Of a stretch of 64,000 bases of DNA, positions 28,281 through 42,817 are shown in pieces. The notes below the pieces were generated by a model, which was not told where the DNA came from, ran no database searches, and worked only from the letters and a program-made list of their open reading frames with translations. The position numbers and the translations under genes were made by a program. Position 1 is the stretch's first letter; each line of letters starts with the position of its first letter. The DNA comes from Eledone cirrhosa. Taxonomy: Eukaryota. Location of the stretch: assembly GCA_964016885.1 (NCBI GenBank), contig OZ024747.1, forward strand, positions 5,704,001 through 5,768,000, read 5' to 3'.

Positions 28281-28324
28281 GTAAATCTACGCGTTTCATT
28301 CTTATTAGAAATCGTCAGGACTAC
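28281..28324 (-). ncRNA. Minimal type I hammerhead ribozyme in the inverted unit
   Basis: Reverse complement of 28650-28693. Confidence 0.85.
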
Positions 28325-28649
28325 ATATCCAGTGCTTTTATCGAGAATGACACAGCTAGAGACTTATAGAATACTTAGCTGTGTACAGGAACTGGTTTGA
28401 AAGAGCGGTTGCCGGTCCGGCAGAAATTAGAAATTGGAATAAATGCTCTGAAATAGCGATATATATGTGAATATAGACATAGAATATTCGAAAATATTCT
28501 GTATGTTTATAATAAACATTTTGAAGAGCATTTATTCCAATTTCTAATTTCTGCCGGACCGGCAACCGCTCTTTCAAACCAGTTCCTGTACACAGCTAAG
28601 TATTCTATAAGTCTCTAGCTGTGTCATTCTCGATAAAAGCACTGGATAT

Positions 28650-28693
28650 GTAGTCCTGACGATTTCTAATAAGAATGAAACGCGTAGATTTAC
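28650..28693 (+). ncRNA. Minimal type I hammerhead ribozyme (repeated at 28961, 29272, 29583)
   Basis: gtagtc CTGACGA tttctaataagaat GAAA CGCG TA gatttac; palindromic ACGCGT stem III; GUA cleavage triplet. Confidence 0.85.
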
Positions 28694-29987
28694 TTCCCTT
28701 GCTTTTATCGAGAATCTAATTGTAATACGTGACGTATTCTATTCTATAGCGATTAGGTCTTCAAAATGTTTATTATAAACATACAGAATATTTTCGAATA
28801 TTCTATGTCTATATTCACATATATATCGCTATTTCAGAGCATTTATTCCAATTTCTAATTTCTGCCGGACCGGCAACCGCTCTTTCAAACCAGTTCCTGT
28901 ACACAGCTAAGTATTCTATAAGTCTCTAGCTGTGTCATTCTCGATAAAAGCACTGGATATGTAGTCCTGACGATTTCTAATAAGAATGAAACGCGTAGAT
29001 TTACTTCCCTTGCTTTTATCGAGAATCTAATTGTAATACGTGACGTATTCTATTCTATAGCGATTAGGTCTTCAAAATGTTTATTATAAACATACAGAAT
29101 ATTTTCGAATATTCTATGTCTATATTCACATATATATCGCTATTTCAGAGCATTTATTCCAATTTCTAATTTCTGCCGGACCGGCAACCGCTCTTTCAAA
29201 CCAGTTCCTGTACACAGCTAAGTATTCTATAAGTCTCTAGCTGTGTCATTCTCGATAAAAGCACTGGATATGTAGTCCTGACGATTTCTAATAAGAATGA
29301 AACGCGTAGATTTACTTCCCTTGCTTTTATCGAGAATCTAATTGTAATACGTGACGTATTCTATTCTATAGCGATTAGGTCTTCAAAATGTTTATTATAA
29401 ACATACAGAATATTTTCGAATATTCTATGTCTATATTCACATATATATCGCTATTTCAGAGCATTTATTCCAATTTCTAATTTCTGCCGGACCGGCAACC
29501 GCTCTTTCAAACCAGTTCCTGTACACAGCTAAGTATTCTATAAGTCTCTAGCTGTGTCATTCTCGATAAAAGCACTGGATATGTAGTCCTGACGATTTCT
29601 AATAAGAATGAAACGCGTAGATTTACTTCCCTTGCTTTTATCGAGAATCTAATTGTAATACGTGACGTATTCTATTCTATAGCGATTAGGTCTTCAAAAT
29701 GTTTATTATAAACATACAGAATATTTTCGAATATTCTATGTCTATATTCACATATATATCGCTATTTCAGAGCATTTATTCCAATTTCTAATATATATAT
29801 ATGTATATATATATATATGTATATAAACGTATATATATATATATATATATATAAAAGTATATATACACACATTTATATGTATATGTATATATATATGTGT
29901 GTGTGTGTGTGTATAAGATTAGATTAAATTTACGGAGTTGAATCTTGTCATAAATATTTATATATATATATATATACATACACACAC

Positions 29988-30083
<96 letters not shown>

Positions 30084-30433
30084 TGTGAAATTTTGATAAA
30101 ATATCTTACTTAAAGTTTCACATAAATTCGGAGAGGGAACATGTATTTCATTTAATACTATAATAAAACAATACAGACATCGAGTTTAAAAACACGAGTC
30201 ATAGCTTATCTATCCATTAATGTCAGGTCACGTGATGGAAGCGGCGTCTTTCCCTTTTCAGAGAACTTCCGGGGAAATGTTAGTAGATTGTTTCATTGCG
30301 AAGAAGGTATTAGTGTAGATAAGGCTTGTGAGATTGGCCGGCAGGAGCGTCTATAATGTGGAGTTAAGATCATCTAGTTCATGTAATGAGTAAACAATTG
30401 GAGCGGGGTCAAAAACAAAAGGCAACGTGTATC

Positions 30434-30467
<34 letters not shown>

Positions 30468-30494
30468 AAATACGAAGTCAGATTTGCAGCTTGT

Positions 30495-30580
30495 CATGGA
30501 ACAATTGTTTCGATATCGATCAGCTCCGGTTTGATCAGGCGATCGGATCCCGACTCTTAATCGACACCTCTTCAGATATG
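30495..30580 (-). ncRNA. Hammerhead-like motif with branched stem II
   Basis: CTGAAGA ggtgtcgat...atcgatatc GAAAC AATT GTT; stem I imperfect. Confidence 0.55.
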
Positions 30581-30640
30581 CGAGTTTACATGGGTGGTCC
30601 CATCCATATATCAAATTATAAATGAAATACAGAAAAATAT

Positions 30641-30679
<39 letters not shown>

Positions 30680-32379
30680 TTGTTCAAGGCTTGGTACATG
30701 ATAAAAGTTTAACTGAATACATGTATTTGAGTGTGTAGTGTGTGTGTAGTTCTACCAAGTTTATGAATGATCGGCAAATGTAGAGGTTCAAGGTTCAAAC
30801 CTAGACACGTGCAACATTGACCTGAAGTCATTCATTATTTTATATTTTTAAATTTTCAGTGAGATTTCTACAAATTTATTTTTGCCCCACTTAGTCACAC
30901 CTCTTGTGACTGTATGTTTATGTGTGCAATATATATGTGCGTGTGTGCATGTATATATATATATGTGTGTGTGTATATATATATATGTGTGTATATATAT
31001 ATGTATATATATACGTGTGTATATAAACATATATATATATATATGTGTGTGTGTGTGTTTCTTTCTCTTGTTTCTCTATATTTTTTGCTTGTATCTTTAT
31101 CCTCAACTCTCTCTTCCTCTCTCGGTACATAATGTTGTCTTCTCGACTGTAGTTGATAGAAAGGTCGTTTGTAAACATCCATCATACTGGACAGGATGGT
31201 CGTGAGTCAGACACAAGCAGCATGAAGATGGGAGTAGAGAAGATCTAGGAAGAGAGTGTGAGAATGAGGGGGGGGTGAGTGTGAGAGAGAGGGTAGAAGT
31301 AGGGGGAGTGAAAAGAACTAGAGTGAGAGAGAGGGTAGAAGTAGAGGGAGTTAGATCTAGAGAAAGAGCGAATAAAGAATAAAGTGCTCATGCGCGAAGA
31401 TGCTATATAATAGCTTACAAAATAAGGTAAAGACTCTTAAAGACGTAAAAAGAAAAGTTGCCGTTGGCCGCTATAAGGAATTGAACCTAATATCTCTCAG
31501 ATACCGACTAGGGGCTTTAATTTATCATATCTTACAGAAATTAATACTTCTCCGTCTAGCTAACACTACAAAACAAAATGGCAATTAATCCACAATATTA
31601 TCTTATTTCACGAACTACTATTACAGATTACACTCGGTCATATACTCAAGTTAATTCAAATAAGTGTTGCTATATACAAAGACGGTTCGACAACTGAGGA
31701 ATGGACACACACACACACACATTCATATATAATCATTCTTCTTGATTTTATTTTGAGTTAAGATTCTACTGCTTTTTCCCCAACTTACACAAAGTCTGAG
31801 GATAAAGTTTCTCTTCTTGATTTGTTTTAAATTAAGATTGTATTACTTCTCCCTCATCTTACCTTAAAATGTTGTTCATCTTGATGTTATAGTCACTTAT
31901 ATGTCTGAATTATTGTTGGCATATTGCTTGTATTAATTTCTCTATTTTCATTTATATATATATATATATACTGACCGCTTCCTCACACTTCCACTCACTC
32001 ACTCTCTGTTTCTCCCCTTCTCACTTCCTCCCGCTTGGCTAACAGTGGGCCTCTCTTCTTGCTTACATCTCACTCAGGTCGGACGTCTATACTTTTCGCT
32101 CATGTAATCCACCCAGCTTATGCTGACCAGGACTATCATGTTGCTTGTTTATTTCCTTTCTTTGGTTTGTTTTTATCCTTCTATGTTGTTCACTTGTCCC
32201 CCTCGCTTTACGCGATTACTGGTCCCAATAACTTATTTTAGATTATTGCTCGCACCAACCTGAGGTATCTGATTTTTAATGCGATGAAATACCAATGATG
32301 GTTGGAAAATCACTGACGAAGGACTATTTTTATCATATGTAACCCATGTGCAAACCACGCAGTATTCTTCTTTCTTATC

Positions 32380-32442
<63 letters not shown>

Positions 32443-32525
32443 GAGAACAAAAAGATGGATCTAAAAGATGAATTTACACTGATACAGGCATATTTACAAA
32501 AACGTATTTGTGTGTATGTAGATAT

Positions 32526-32562
<37 letters not shown>

Positions 32563-32843
32563 ATGTATTTCTCTCTCTATATATATGGATCTGTGTAGAT
32601 ATGCATACACTCATACATATATATGTGTGTGTGTGTCTCTCTCTCTGTGATTTCATTTAATTAGTCCGAATGCCGGATTCTCTACGTTGAAGTTAAATCC
32701 ACTCCCTTATGTCATAGCGATATCTAATTAACTAAAAACCTTTAATTAATAAGAGCCAATGGATATATTTTTATGGATTCTATTTATGTATGTTGATGCC
32801 TTCTTTATTACATGCTCTCATATACATACATATAGACATATAG

Positions 32844-32892
<49 letters not shown>

Positions 32893-33128
32893 TTTGAATC
32901 TATATTATATATATATATTTAGTAATAATAATAATTATATATATAGTCATATATATATATTAATAATAATAATAATAATATATATATATAGTAATGTAAA
33001 TAATGCTTTCTTTATTAACCACAAGGGTCTACATAAAGTAGACATTAAGGACAGTACAGGACAATACAGGGCGGTACAAATGGGCATTTCTGCGTGTAAA
33101 AAACAAGAAACAGAGGATGTAATAATAG

Positions 33129-33187
<59 letters not shown>

Positions 33188-33339
33188 TACATGTATAAGG
33201 TCATTTAAACATGAAATATTTTTTTAATATTGACTGTTTACGTCGACCGTGCATTTATACTGAAAATAAACACACACGGACACACACACATTGTATATAT
33301 ATATATATATATATATATTGTGTATTATCTGCCAGGAGA

Positions 33340-33635
33340 AGCGACCGGTAGAAAGTATCAACAACAGGAAGACCAATGGAAACATTGTTTCCTTGGTCCG
33401 ATTTAACGAGTATCAGTCCCCCGATAAGCGAAAGAGGCCTCTCTTCAGATCGGGCCAAAGAAACTATGTTTCTTTTTGTCTTTCCATTGCTGATACAATC
33501 AACCGGTCAAAACACCTGGCAGAAGAAACAACATGATATAAAGTATTTTGCTCAAAAGCACAACGCACCGCCCGGTCCGTGAATCGGAGCGACGACTTTA
33601 TAATCGTGAGTCCTCCAACATAAACATTAGGACAT
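33340..33635 (-). mobile_element. Old tRNA-derived SINE (CORE-like)
   Basis: aagtattttgctcaaaagcacaac followed by degenerate reversed B/A boxes. Confidence 0.5.
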
Positions 33636-33997
33636 ATGAGGGGGTGGTGACAAGGATCCTGGCTTGATCGTTACTACAGAGTTCTGGTTGAAGGCCCAAC
33701 CTTCCAAGTTCTTTTTACAGGGTTTAGAAAATCTGAAGGACCGCTGCAATAAGTGTGTGAATCTGAGAGGAGAATATGCTGAATAAAATCATAATTAACT
33801 GATCCTCCTGTATTTTCTATTACCCAAATACAGGAATTTTTCAGCGCTCCCTCGTGTATAGCCACATGGACGTATGTCGTGGGTGTATATTGGGAGAACT
33901 TTACACTAAATATTCAACATTCTGAAATTGAATATATGTAGCAGTAGCAGTTTATGGTGACACGTGATGAGGATATAGACAGACAGGGTGTGTGTAT

Positions 33998-34039
<42 letters not shown>

Positions 34040-34198
34040 GAGGGAAGCGGGGAGGCAGTAATAATGCTTCTTCGATTTGGTAGAATGATCCTGAGGAAAC
34101 TGCAGCAATATGTCTGGCATTGGTTTGGCTTCAAGAGCTGCCGGAAGGAAATATATTTGATGTATGAGCTACATGTGTGTTAGCGTGCATATATATAG

Positions 34199-34289
<91 letters not shown>

Positions 34290-34754
34290 TTTATATACAT
34301 ATACGTGCATGTGTGTGTACGTGCGTACGTAATATAAGCTTTCTCCGTCACACATTATATGTGCCTGTGTGTGCCACACACATGCATGTGTACATAGATG
34401 CATGCATACATACATACATGCTTGTGTAGATGCATGCATACATACATACATACATACATACATACATACATACATACATAAAAGTAAGAGGGAAGGTGTG
34501 AGTGCGTGTGCACTAAGTGGAAGTTTTTCTGAGAGAGAGATTAGATATATTATGAGTTTGAGGTGTGTGTGTGTATTGCGTATGTTCCCAGTATGTGTGT
34601 GTGTGTGTATATATATGTATCAGTGTGTATGTGTTATAAATAAGTCAGTATAAACATGCCATTTTTATTAATAAACATGTGCGCTACTTCTTTTAAATAT
34701 TTGGTTGTGTGACGGTATGTACGTGTCTACAAATTTATATAGACATATATACAA

Positions 34755-34798
<44 letters not shown>

Positions 34799-34937
34799 GA
34801 AGCCCCCTCTGAGGCACAAGTCCGGGTAAAGTTTTTTGTGGAAGACCAACAAACCAGTCTCCCCAACGTCAAAATAAAATGTCTTGCTCAAGGACACAAC
34901 ATATCACTTAGTTCGAGATTCGAACTCAGAAGCCCAA

Positions 34938-35243
34938 TTATGTAATAAACAACATAAGACAATTATTCCATTTACCAAAGGTTTCACGATGACAGACGAG
35001 CGCAACACAGACGTCTGAAATCGCTCATCAGAATGAAAATTTAAATTTAAATTTAAATTTAGATATTAAATTTCAATTTTCATGCTGATGAGCGATTTCA
35101 GACGTCTGTGTTGCGCTCATCTGTCTTCGTGAAACCTTTGGTAAATGGAATAATTGTCTTATGTTGTTTATTACATAACTAAATAGCTCTGTAGCTTACT
35201 TAGAGCACTCTCTTTTCCTTTAGACTTCCTACGGAAATAATTC
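34938..35243 (+). mobile_element. Fold-back element family C with hammerheads on both strands
   Basis: ~100-bp inverted arms; cat(t/g) CTGATGA gcga...tcgt GAAAC ctttg GTA aatg at 35081-35147 (+) and 34969-35035 (-); tail agagcactctc. Confidence 0.85.
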
Positions 35244-35393
35244 ATATATATATATATATATATATATATAATTGTTTCCCTTTAGAGGGCTTATATGCCC
35301 CGTTAATAGACTATTTCCTGTAGTCAAAAAAATAGTGAGAAATCTTTTAATTCAATTTTCAAATTCTGCTCCCTCACTCCTAAACACACATGC

Positions 35394-35435
<42 letters not shown>

Positions 35436-36706
35436 ACGTGTGTGCATACATGTGTATGTGTGTGCGCAACTTTCAAAATATGTGTGGTACTTCTTAAAAA
35501 GTAATGATTTTAATAGAAGGGTGTCACCAATTTGTCTTCACAGTCACTTTATACAAAAGTATTCATTCACTAACTGTGATGATTCACTGATAAGACTAAC
35601 CCCGAGGATTTTCTCTTTAAATTACTACCACATGGACTAACAACAATAACAATAACATATGTTATTGATTATAAAACATTTAAGTTATATTTCCTTATAA
35701 TCTTTTCTCTTCTCTCTTCTTTATTTGTTGATGTACCTGAAACTTGTTAAGATTGTTTCTCTTTGAAATGTCTTTCGTTTTTCTAATTTGCTCAAATGCA
35801 TGACAGGTTTTTTTTTTTCCCTCAATTTTCATCATACGTAAGGTTTAGTTTCGTATTATATATCTGGTTACGTGTAACCCTTGTATGTCTGAAAGCAGGG
35901 TTTGGTTTAGAGTTGGGGGGAGGGCTTCCATGACCCACTCAGGGATATGTGGGCGAAGAAGAAGAAGAGTGTTTCTATGAACCATCAAAAGGAGTTCCTT
36001 ACATAGTCACTCAACTTGCTAAAAATAACAGCTACATCTAGTTCAAATCATTTCCCTCCTCCGTCACAGAAAAATACACATTACATAATGTAGACCTGGT
36101 TTCTCAGCACATAATTTTAAAAAAGGTCGAGAGGATCACGGCTGGAAGGATTTTGATTATAAGTCTGCTCGATCATAGCCGACTGGGATCTAAACAACAA
36201 CAACAACTAGACAAACATTATACGCACCACCGGATTTTGGGGTTGGTTACTATAGATTTTGAATTTTGAAACTTGTACAAAGAAAATTACCATAATTTTG
36301 GAGAAAAGGAAATATTGTTTTCTTTACATAAACGGAATGTATTGTTTGTTTGTTGTGAAAAGAGATTTACTGTAAAACACTTTTGATATTTGAGCACCCA
36401 TCTTTAAATTACTGTCTGTCTACCTAACCACTTCAGAAAGTTCGGTATCAAGGGCTCCATTAACCAGTAGGACCTCTTTCGTTACTTTCAACGGTTAGTA
36501 ATTATAGATATACAGAGGGAGATATTTGGAGTGCCGTGTTGTAGATATAGAGAGTGGTAAATTTAGGTGTGATTGATATACAGAGGGGTATTGGGATGGA
36601 TAAGTGAAGATATTTATAGTGAGTGAGGGAGTATATTAGTCTTAGATATATAGAGTGGGATAAGAGAAGTGGTGCCGTGGTAGATATAGAGGGAGGTAAA
36701 ATTTAA

Positions 36707-36845
36707 ATATTCATTTATTATGGCTAAGTCTTGTTACTTTGGAGTCTCACCTACGTACTCACCAGACAAGACTGATGGTCCTGTGAGTGCGCAGGTGAAA
36801 CTTTAGAGTAACAAAGCTCACCAATAGCTATAATAAATAAATATG
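36707..36845. mobile_element. Decayed fold-back element with hammerhead remnants
   Basis: Inverted arms; plus strand ctgatgg tcctg..caggt GAAAC tttaga GTA acaa; minus copy keeps the stem agtcttgt/acaagact. Confidence 0.5.
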
Positions 36846-36851
36846 TGTGCG

Positions 36852-36904
<53 letters not shown>

Positions 36905-36974
36905 GAGATAAGAGGAGCAAGCAAGATTCAAACAATTTTTTTTAAATATAATTTAAATATTTACCTATTCCATT

Positions 36975-37057
36975 TGCTTTTACCGACGGTTTCACTTCAC
37001 AAAAGATTGGAGATCCCTAGGGACTTCCAATGGAAAAGTTCAGATAATCAGAGAGCA
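36975..37057 (-). ncRNA. Hammerhead-like motif with long stem II
   Basis: tgctct CTGATTA ...ttgga..ctag..tccaa... GAAAC cgtcg GTA aaagca; core G8 altered; in a TA-flanked insert. Confidence 0.5.
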
Positions 37058-37193
37058 TTTTCCTTTCCTTATATATATGAGATGAAAAATTGCATATAAT
37101 ACCAGTTTCTTACCAAATGCGAAAAAGGTCGCTATATTAACCCCTTAGGAAAGGGCACAGAATATAATATTTTTTTAATTATATATACATATA

Positions 37194-37417
37194 CAGTGGC
37201 GGTGGATCTGAGGAGGGGGTTGCCACCCTACTATAATTATATTTTCTCCCCAAACTACCAAAACACAATATTTGGACATGCGCTACAATTTATGTACATG
37301 TTATGTTTATCGCATATTTTCTGACCATTTTTAGAGTGTAAAGAGCTAAACTAATCACTACAACTAAATTGTCCAAATTTGGCCCCACCCCCTTCAGAAA
37401 TGCTTCCTCCGCCCCTG
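37194..37417. mobile_element. MITE with CAG..CTG terminal inverted repeats (hAT-like)
   Basis: cagtggcgg ... ccgcccctg termini; TSD not clear. Confidence 0.55.
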
Positions 37418-37623
37418 GTGTATGCCTATGTATGTAAACAATATATACATATATATATATATGTGTGTGTATGTGGTTATGTGTGTTTCGATACACATGC
37501 ACACAAACTAACTAACTAACACACAACTACAGACATCCGTATGAAATTTGGAAACTAGATATTTCCGTTCTCGAAATTTCCATAAACTCTTACATACTTA
37601 TAAATCTAGATTTCCATAACACA

Positions 37624-37703
<80 letters not shown>

Positions 37704-37727
37704 ACACACACAAGCACACACACACAC

Positions 37728-37765
<38 letters not shown>

Positions 37766-37779
37766 GTATGTTTATATGT

Positions 37780-37817
<38 letters not shown>

Positions 37818-37859
37818 TTATGTGTATATATATACGTATTATATACATATATATATAAC

Positions 37860-37897
<38 letters not shown>

Positions 37898-38426
37898 TAA
37901 ACATAGATGTATGTGTATATACACATACATACACACACACACATATATATATGTGTGTGCGTGTGTGTGTGTGTGTATATATGCATATATTCATACAAAC
38001 GCATAAGTATATATACGTCTGTTTGCGAGCCACTCAGGTCAAACATCAGCGACCTCTAGTGGCGTGCAAGACAAAGCGGGTGGTAGCAGGCTGGTATGTT
38101 AAGTATACTGTATATGTGGGGTGTATGTTGCAATAACTAGCTGTAGGATTGTTGGGTGAGAACTGACAGGTAGAAGGACAATTTCACACGTACTAGTTCA
38201 CTTGTGGATATAGCAACAGGTATAGCGACGTAATCTAAGACACCAACTCATCTACAATATATACATGCACACATAACACGCACATATTTTTAGACGTATG
38301 TGTACATGCATATTTTATATATGCATATGTGTGTTTCAGTGTGTGTGTGTGTGTGTGTGTAGTAATAATAATAAACGTCAAGACTAAAATCCGAAAAGGG
38401 TTCGATAAGGATAATATATATATCAA

Positions 38427-38472
<46 letters not shown>

Positions 38473-38692
38473 CGAAGGAAGTGTGGTAAGGAACCAGATG
38501 GACCATAACCAGATGGACCATAACCAGATGGACCATTAGAGTACTCAATACTTAGGGTAGTAGAGTGGGTAATAGGAAAATGTTCAAGACCCCGACGGCA
38601 GAGCTCAAGCCGTTTCAACGGCTATTTCTGGGGCCAGAAATAGCCGTCGAAACGGCTTGAGCTCTGTCGTCGGGTTCTTGAACATTTTCCTA
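38473..38692 (-). mobile_element. Fold-back element family A
   Basis: Palindrome 38572-38692 plus tail, reverse-complement similar to 1026-1218; 14-bp accagatggaccat(a) triplicated. Confidence 0.8.
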
Positions 38693-38709
38693 TATATATA
38701 TATACATGT

Positions 38710-38930
38710 CAAGTATTTCCGAAGAAAAAGCAAAGGAAAAAAGAGTGCTCTATGTATAGAACAGAGCTATTAAATTAGAAAGCGAACAACACAATATAAC
38801 TACACCATTACCAAAGATTTCAGGACCCTAGATAATATATTAACATACGCCTAGTTCGCTCATAACATTGTCTAGGGTCCTGAAACCTTTGGTAATGGAT
38901 TAGTTATATATTGTGTTGTTTAATTTCTTT
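38710..38930 (-). mobile_element. Fold-back element related to family C (also ~21755-21955)
   Basis: Inverted arms with GAAACCTTTGGTAATGG; agagtgctct tail motif. Confidence 0.65.
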
Positions 38931-38965
38931 ATATATATATTTATATATATATTAATATATATATA

Positions 38966-39009
<44 letters not shown>

Positions 39010-39313
39010 TATATTATATTAATATATATTAATATATATTAATATATTATATTAATATATATTAATATATTATATTAATATATATATATATATTAATATA
39101 TATTAATATATTATATTAATATATATATATATATATATTAATATATATATATATATATATATATTAATATATATATATATATTAATATATATATATATAT
39201 TAATATATATATATATATATTAATATATATATATATATTAATATATATATATATATATTAATATATATATATATATATTAATATATATATATATATTAAT
39301 ATATATATATATA

Positions 39314-39391
<78 letters not shown>

Positions 39392-39514
39392 TATATATAT
39401 ATATATATATATATATAAACGTGTGTGTGTATGTACATCTCTCTCTCAGTTCAAACCCCGCCGAGGTCAACTTTGTCTTTCGTCCATTCTTACCAGTCTA
39501 GTACATGGATCGAT

Positions 39515-39560
<46 letters not shown>

Positions 39561-39721
39561 AAAGGACGATTTGTTATGTCTTCATTACGTTTATTGAGTA
39601 GTGACGCGCGTTTCGCTATTGATCAGCTCAAGGTTCGATCTGTATCGATCTGGCCCGACACAGGAATCAAAAGCTCGTTGGACCTCTGTCGTAATGATAG
39701 AATGAACTTACAGTAACTATA

Positions 39722-39800
<79 letters not shown>

Positions 39801-39802
<2 letters not shown>

Positions 39803-40391
39803 GGTGGCTGCCAACTTGTTTTCGAGTACGGCCACTACTTTATATCCATGTAGGAGAACTCCTACCGATGCGCTGAACGAGTGTGACTTTTTAGTCCAGC
39901 CAGCGACTTGAAAACTCTGGTACAAACACTACACTTGTGACAATTATTGACACATAATGCTGGGCCCATGGTACCATGTGACGACAAGTGCAGAGAGATC
40001 TCCAGATATAAAGCAATGCCTGTGCCGTGAAGCTTTTATAGTGAGCAAAGGCACTGCACAAAGCCAGTCCCACTCTCTTAACCAAGATGATATTTACCAA
40101 AAAGAAGAACAGGTCAACATCATTGGATACCATCAGGGTTGCAGGTGTTATATCAGAGTTTTCCTTCTCCTAGAATTCTGCCTTGACAAAGGCTAAGGGG
40201 TCATCTCTCCCGGTGATTTTGTTGGTGCTACTGGTAACATATATTCCAGTACATCCTGTCCCATGGTCGGGTCGTTGGCGACTAAACTGGCAACCCCACC
40301 AAATGTTTCTTGGTGAGGAGGGTGACTTTGGACATCCTGCAGGACTAAAAACAAAACCTGTCAAAGGGCAAAGGAGCTCTTAAGAGTCAAT
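39801..40391 (-). mobile_element. RTE-derived non-autonomous element with inverted 5' segment
   Basis: 39801-40221 is antisense to the 49539 copy; 40221-40391 is in the same sense as 49551-49720. Confidence 0.9.
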
Positions 40392-40529
40392 ATATATACA
40401 TACATATATATATGCATACATATATACATACATATATACATACATATATATATACATATATATATATATATACATAAATATATATACATATATATATATA
40501 TAAATATATATATACATATATATATATAC

Positions 40530-40576
<47 letters not shown>

Positions 40577-40577
40577 C

Positions 40578-40625
<48 letters not shown>

Positions 40626-40659
40626 GCACACACCGTGGAATTCATATATGAATATTTAT

Positions 40660-40691
<32 letters not shown>

Positions 40692-41191
40692 GGTGTGTAT
40701 GAGTATGTGTGTGTGTGTGCAAATGAACACACACGCATACACACACGTATGTTGGACTGTATAAGAAAGAGTGAGAAAGTAGTAGGAGTGAGGGAGGGGT
40801 TGGGAGGGTAAGGGATGTCGTGGCACCTTTACTCTATAGAGAACATAAGGTACTGAAACTAGTGACATCTGACATGGACTACTTGTGAGCTGAATAAATA
40901 CAACGTGAATTAGAGTTAATTATATGGATATTAAGAGAAAGCAGCCGCACCCGGGCTACACAAAAGTCCTAGGAATGTTTTCAACCTGAGTGTCAGTCTA
41001 CCTGTAGGGAGTGTGTGTGTGTGTGGGGGGTGGGGGGGGGCTAGACACCTGATCGACTTTTTTTTTTCTTTCTAGTTTTGTTGTTGTTATTATTAAGAGT
41101 GTTGTTGTTATTTATATTATGTTATTGTTGTTGTTATAGCAACATCTGTTGTTTGTGTGTATCTCTTAGTATTAGGTTTTTGACGATTTGC

Positions 41192-41237
<46 letters not shown>

Positions 41238-41302
41238 ATATATTATATATATATATATATTTCGTTTCTGAATTTATTAGCAACATGACCCTCCCAAAGT
41301 AT

Positions 41303-41346
<44 letters not shown>

Positions 41347-41447
41347 ATAATAATAAATGAGAAGACTAAAATCCAAAGAGGGCTCGATAAGGATAAATAT
41401 ATATCAAATATATATATATATTATGTATATACATGCATATATAACTA

Positions 41448-41511
<64 letters not shown>

Positions 41512-41664
41512 TATATAAGAAAGAAAAACGATGAGATTTCGTTTAAATGGATTTACTTTTTTTATTTTGTATATCGACCTGTTACGCGCGCTTCGCAAAG
41601 GGTTGGCTCATATTCACCCATAGAAGTTATGGGTGACTCTGACTGGTGCTTCCTGAAGCAAAAA

Positions 41665-41756
<92 letters not shown>

Positions 41757-42078
41757 AATGAATGAACACAATACGGTTGTGATACTAAGAAAATTCAGTC
41801 TCAGAGTGACTAGTAGTTTATTGCTAGACGGGAATGCTCGGACCATATGTATATATACTAAGGCTACGTATATATATATATATATACCAATATATATATA
41901 TATATTGGTTATATATCCCGAGCTGAAGATCCGCGAAGGTGAAACAATTTTTCTCGGTATGGTGAACTAACTGTTGTGTAACCATTGCTACCTAACTCGT
42001 CCCTGGGACTGAGTGCTCTACCACTACGGATATTACCTTCCAGTGTTCAACCACTATATATATATATATATATATATG

Positions 42079-42116
<38 letters not shown>

Positions 42117-42117
42117 G

Positions 42118-42421
<304 letters not shown>

Positions 42422-42691
42422 TGTTTGTGTACATTTGATGTTTCGATGACACCAATGTTAAATAAATAATACTCAACCACACACACACACCTTCCCCGCC
42501 ACACACACACCTTTCCCTCCACACACACACATACATATATACACACATGATTCTACATACATGTACATCTATGTTGAAGGCAATAAGCCATGTTTCAGAA
42601 GAAGCAGCAGGTGGAAGTGAGGAGGGAGACGTTCAAATGTTTGCTAAAGTACAAATAAATTTAAAAGTGCAGAGACAGATCTCCTACCATA

Positions 42692-42794
42692 CCTTCTTCT
42701 TCTTCTTCTTCTTCTTCTTCTTCTTCTTCTTCTTCTTCTTCTTCTTCTTCTTCTTCTTCTTCTTCTTCTTCTTCTTTTTCTTCTTCTTCTTCTT
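42692..42794. repeat. (TTC)n microsatellite
   Basis: Near-perfect triplet run. Confidence 0.98.
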
Positions 42795-42817
42795 ACTTGT
42801 ATATATATATATATATA

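Larger units (their letters stand above)
28157..29792 (+). mobile_element. Retrozyme-like tandem array: four 311-bp hammerhead units plus ~1.2 inverted units
   Basis: Unit starts at 28526, 28837, 29148, 29459 and 29770 (partial); 28157-28527 is the reverse complement; no meaningful ORF; (TA)n on both sides. Confidence 0.9.

Noticed and set aside
28526-29792. 311-bp array as ordinary satellite or CRISPR
   Set aside because: No spacers; each unit has a complete hammerhead core and the array has an inverted 5' copy, which fits a retro-origin better.
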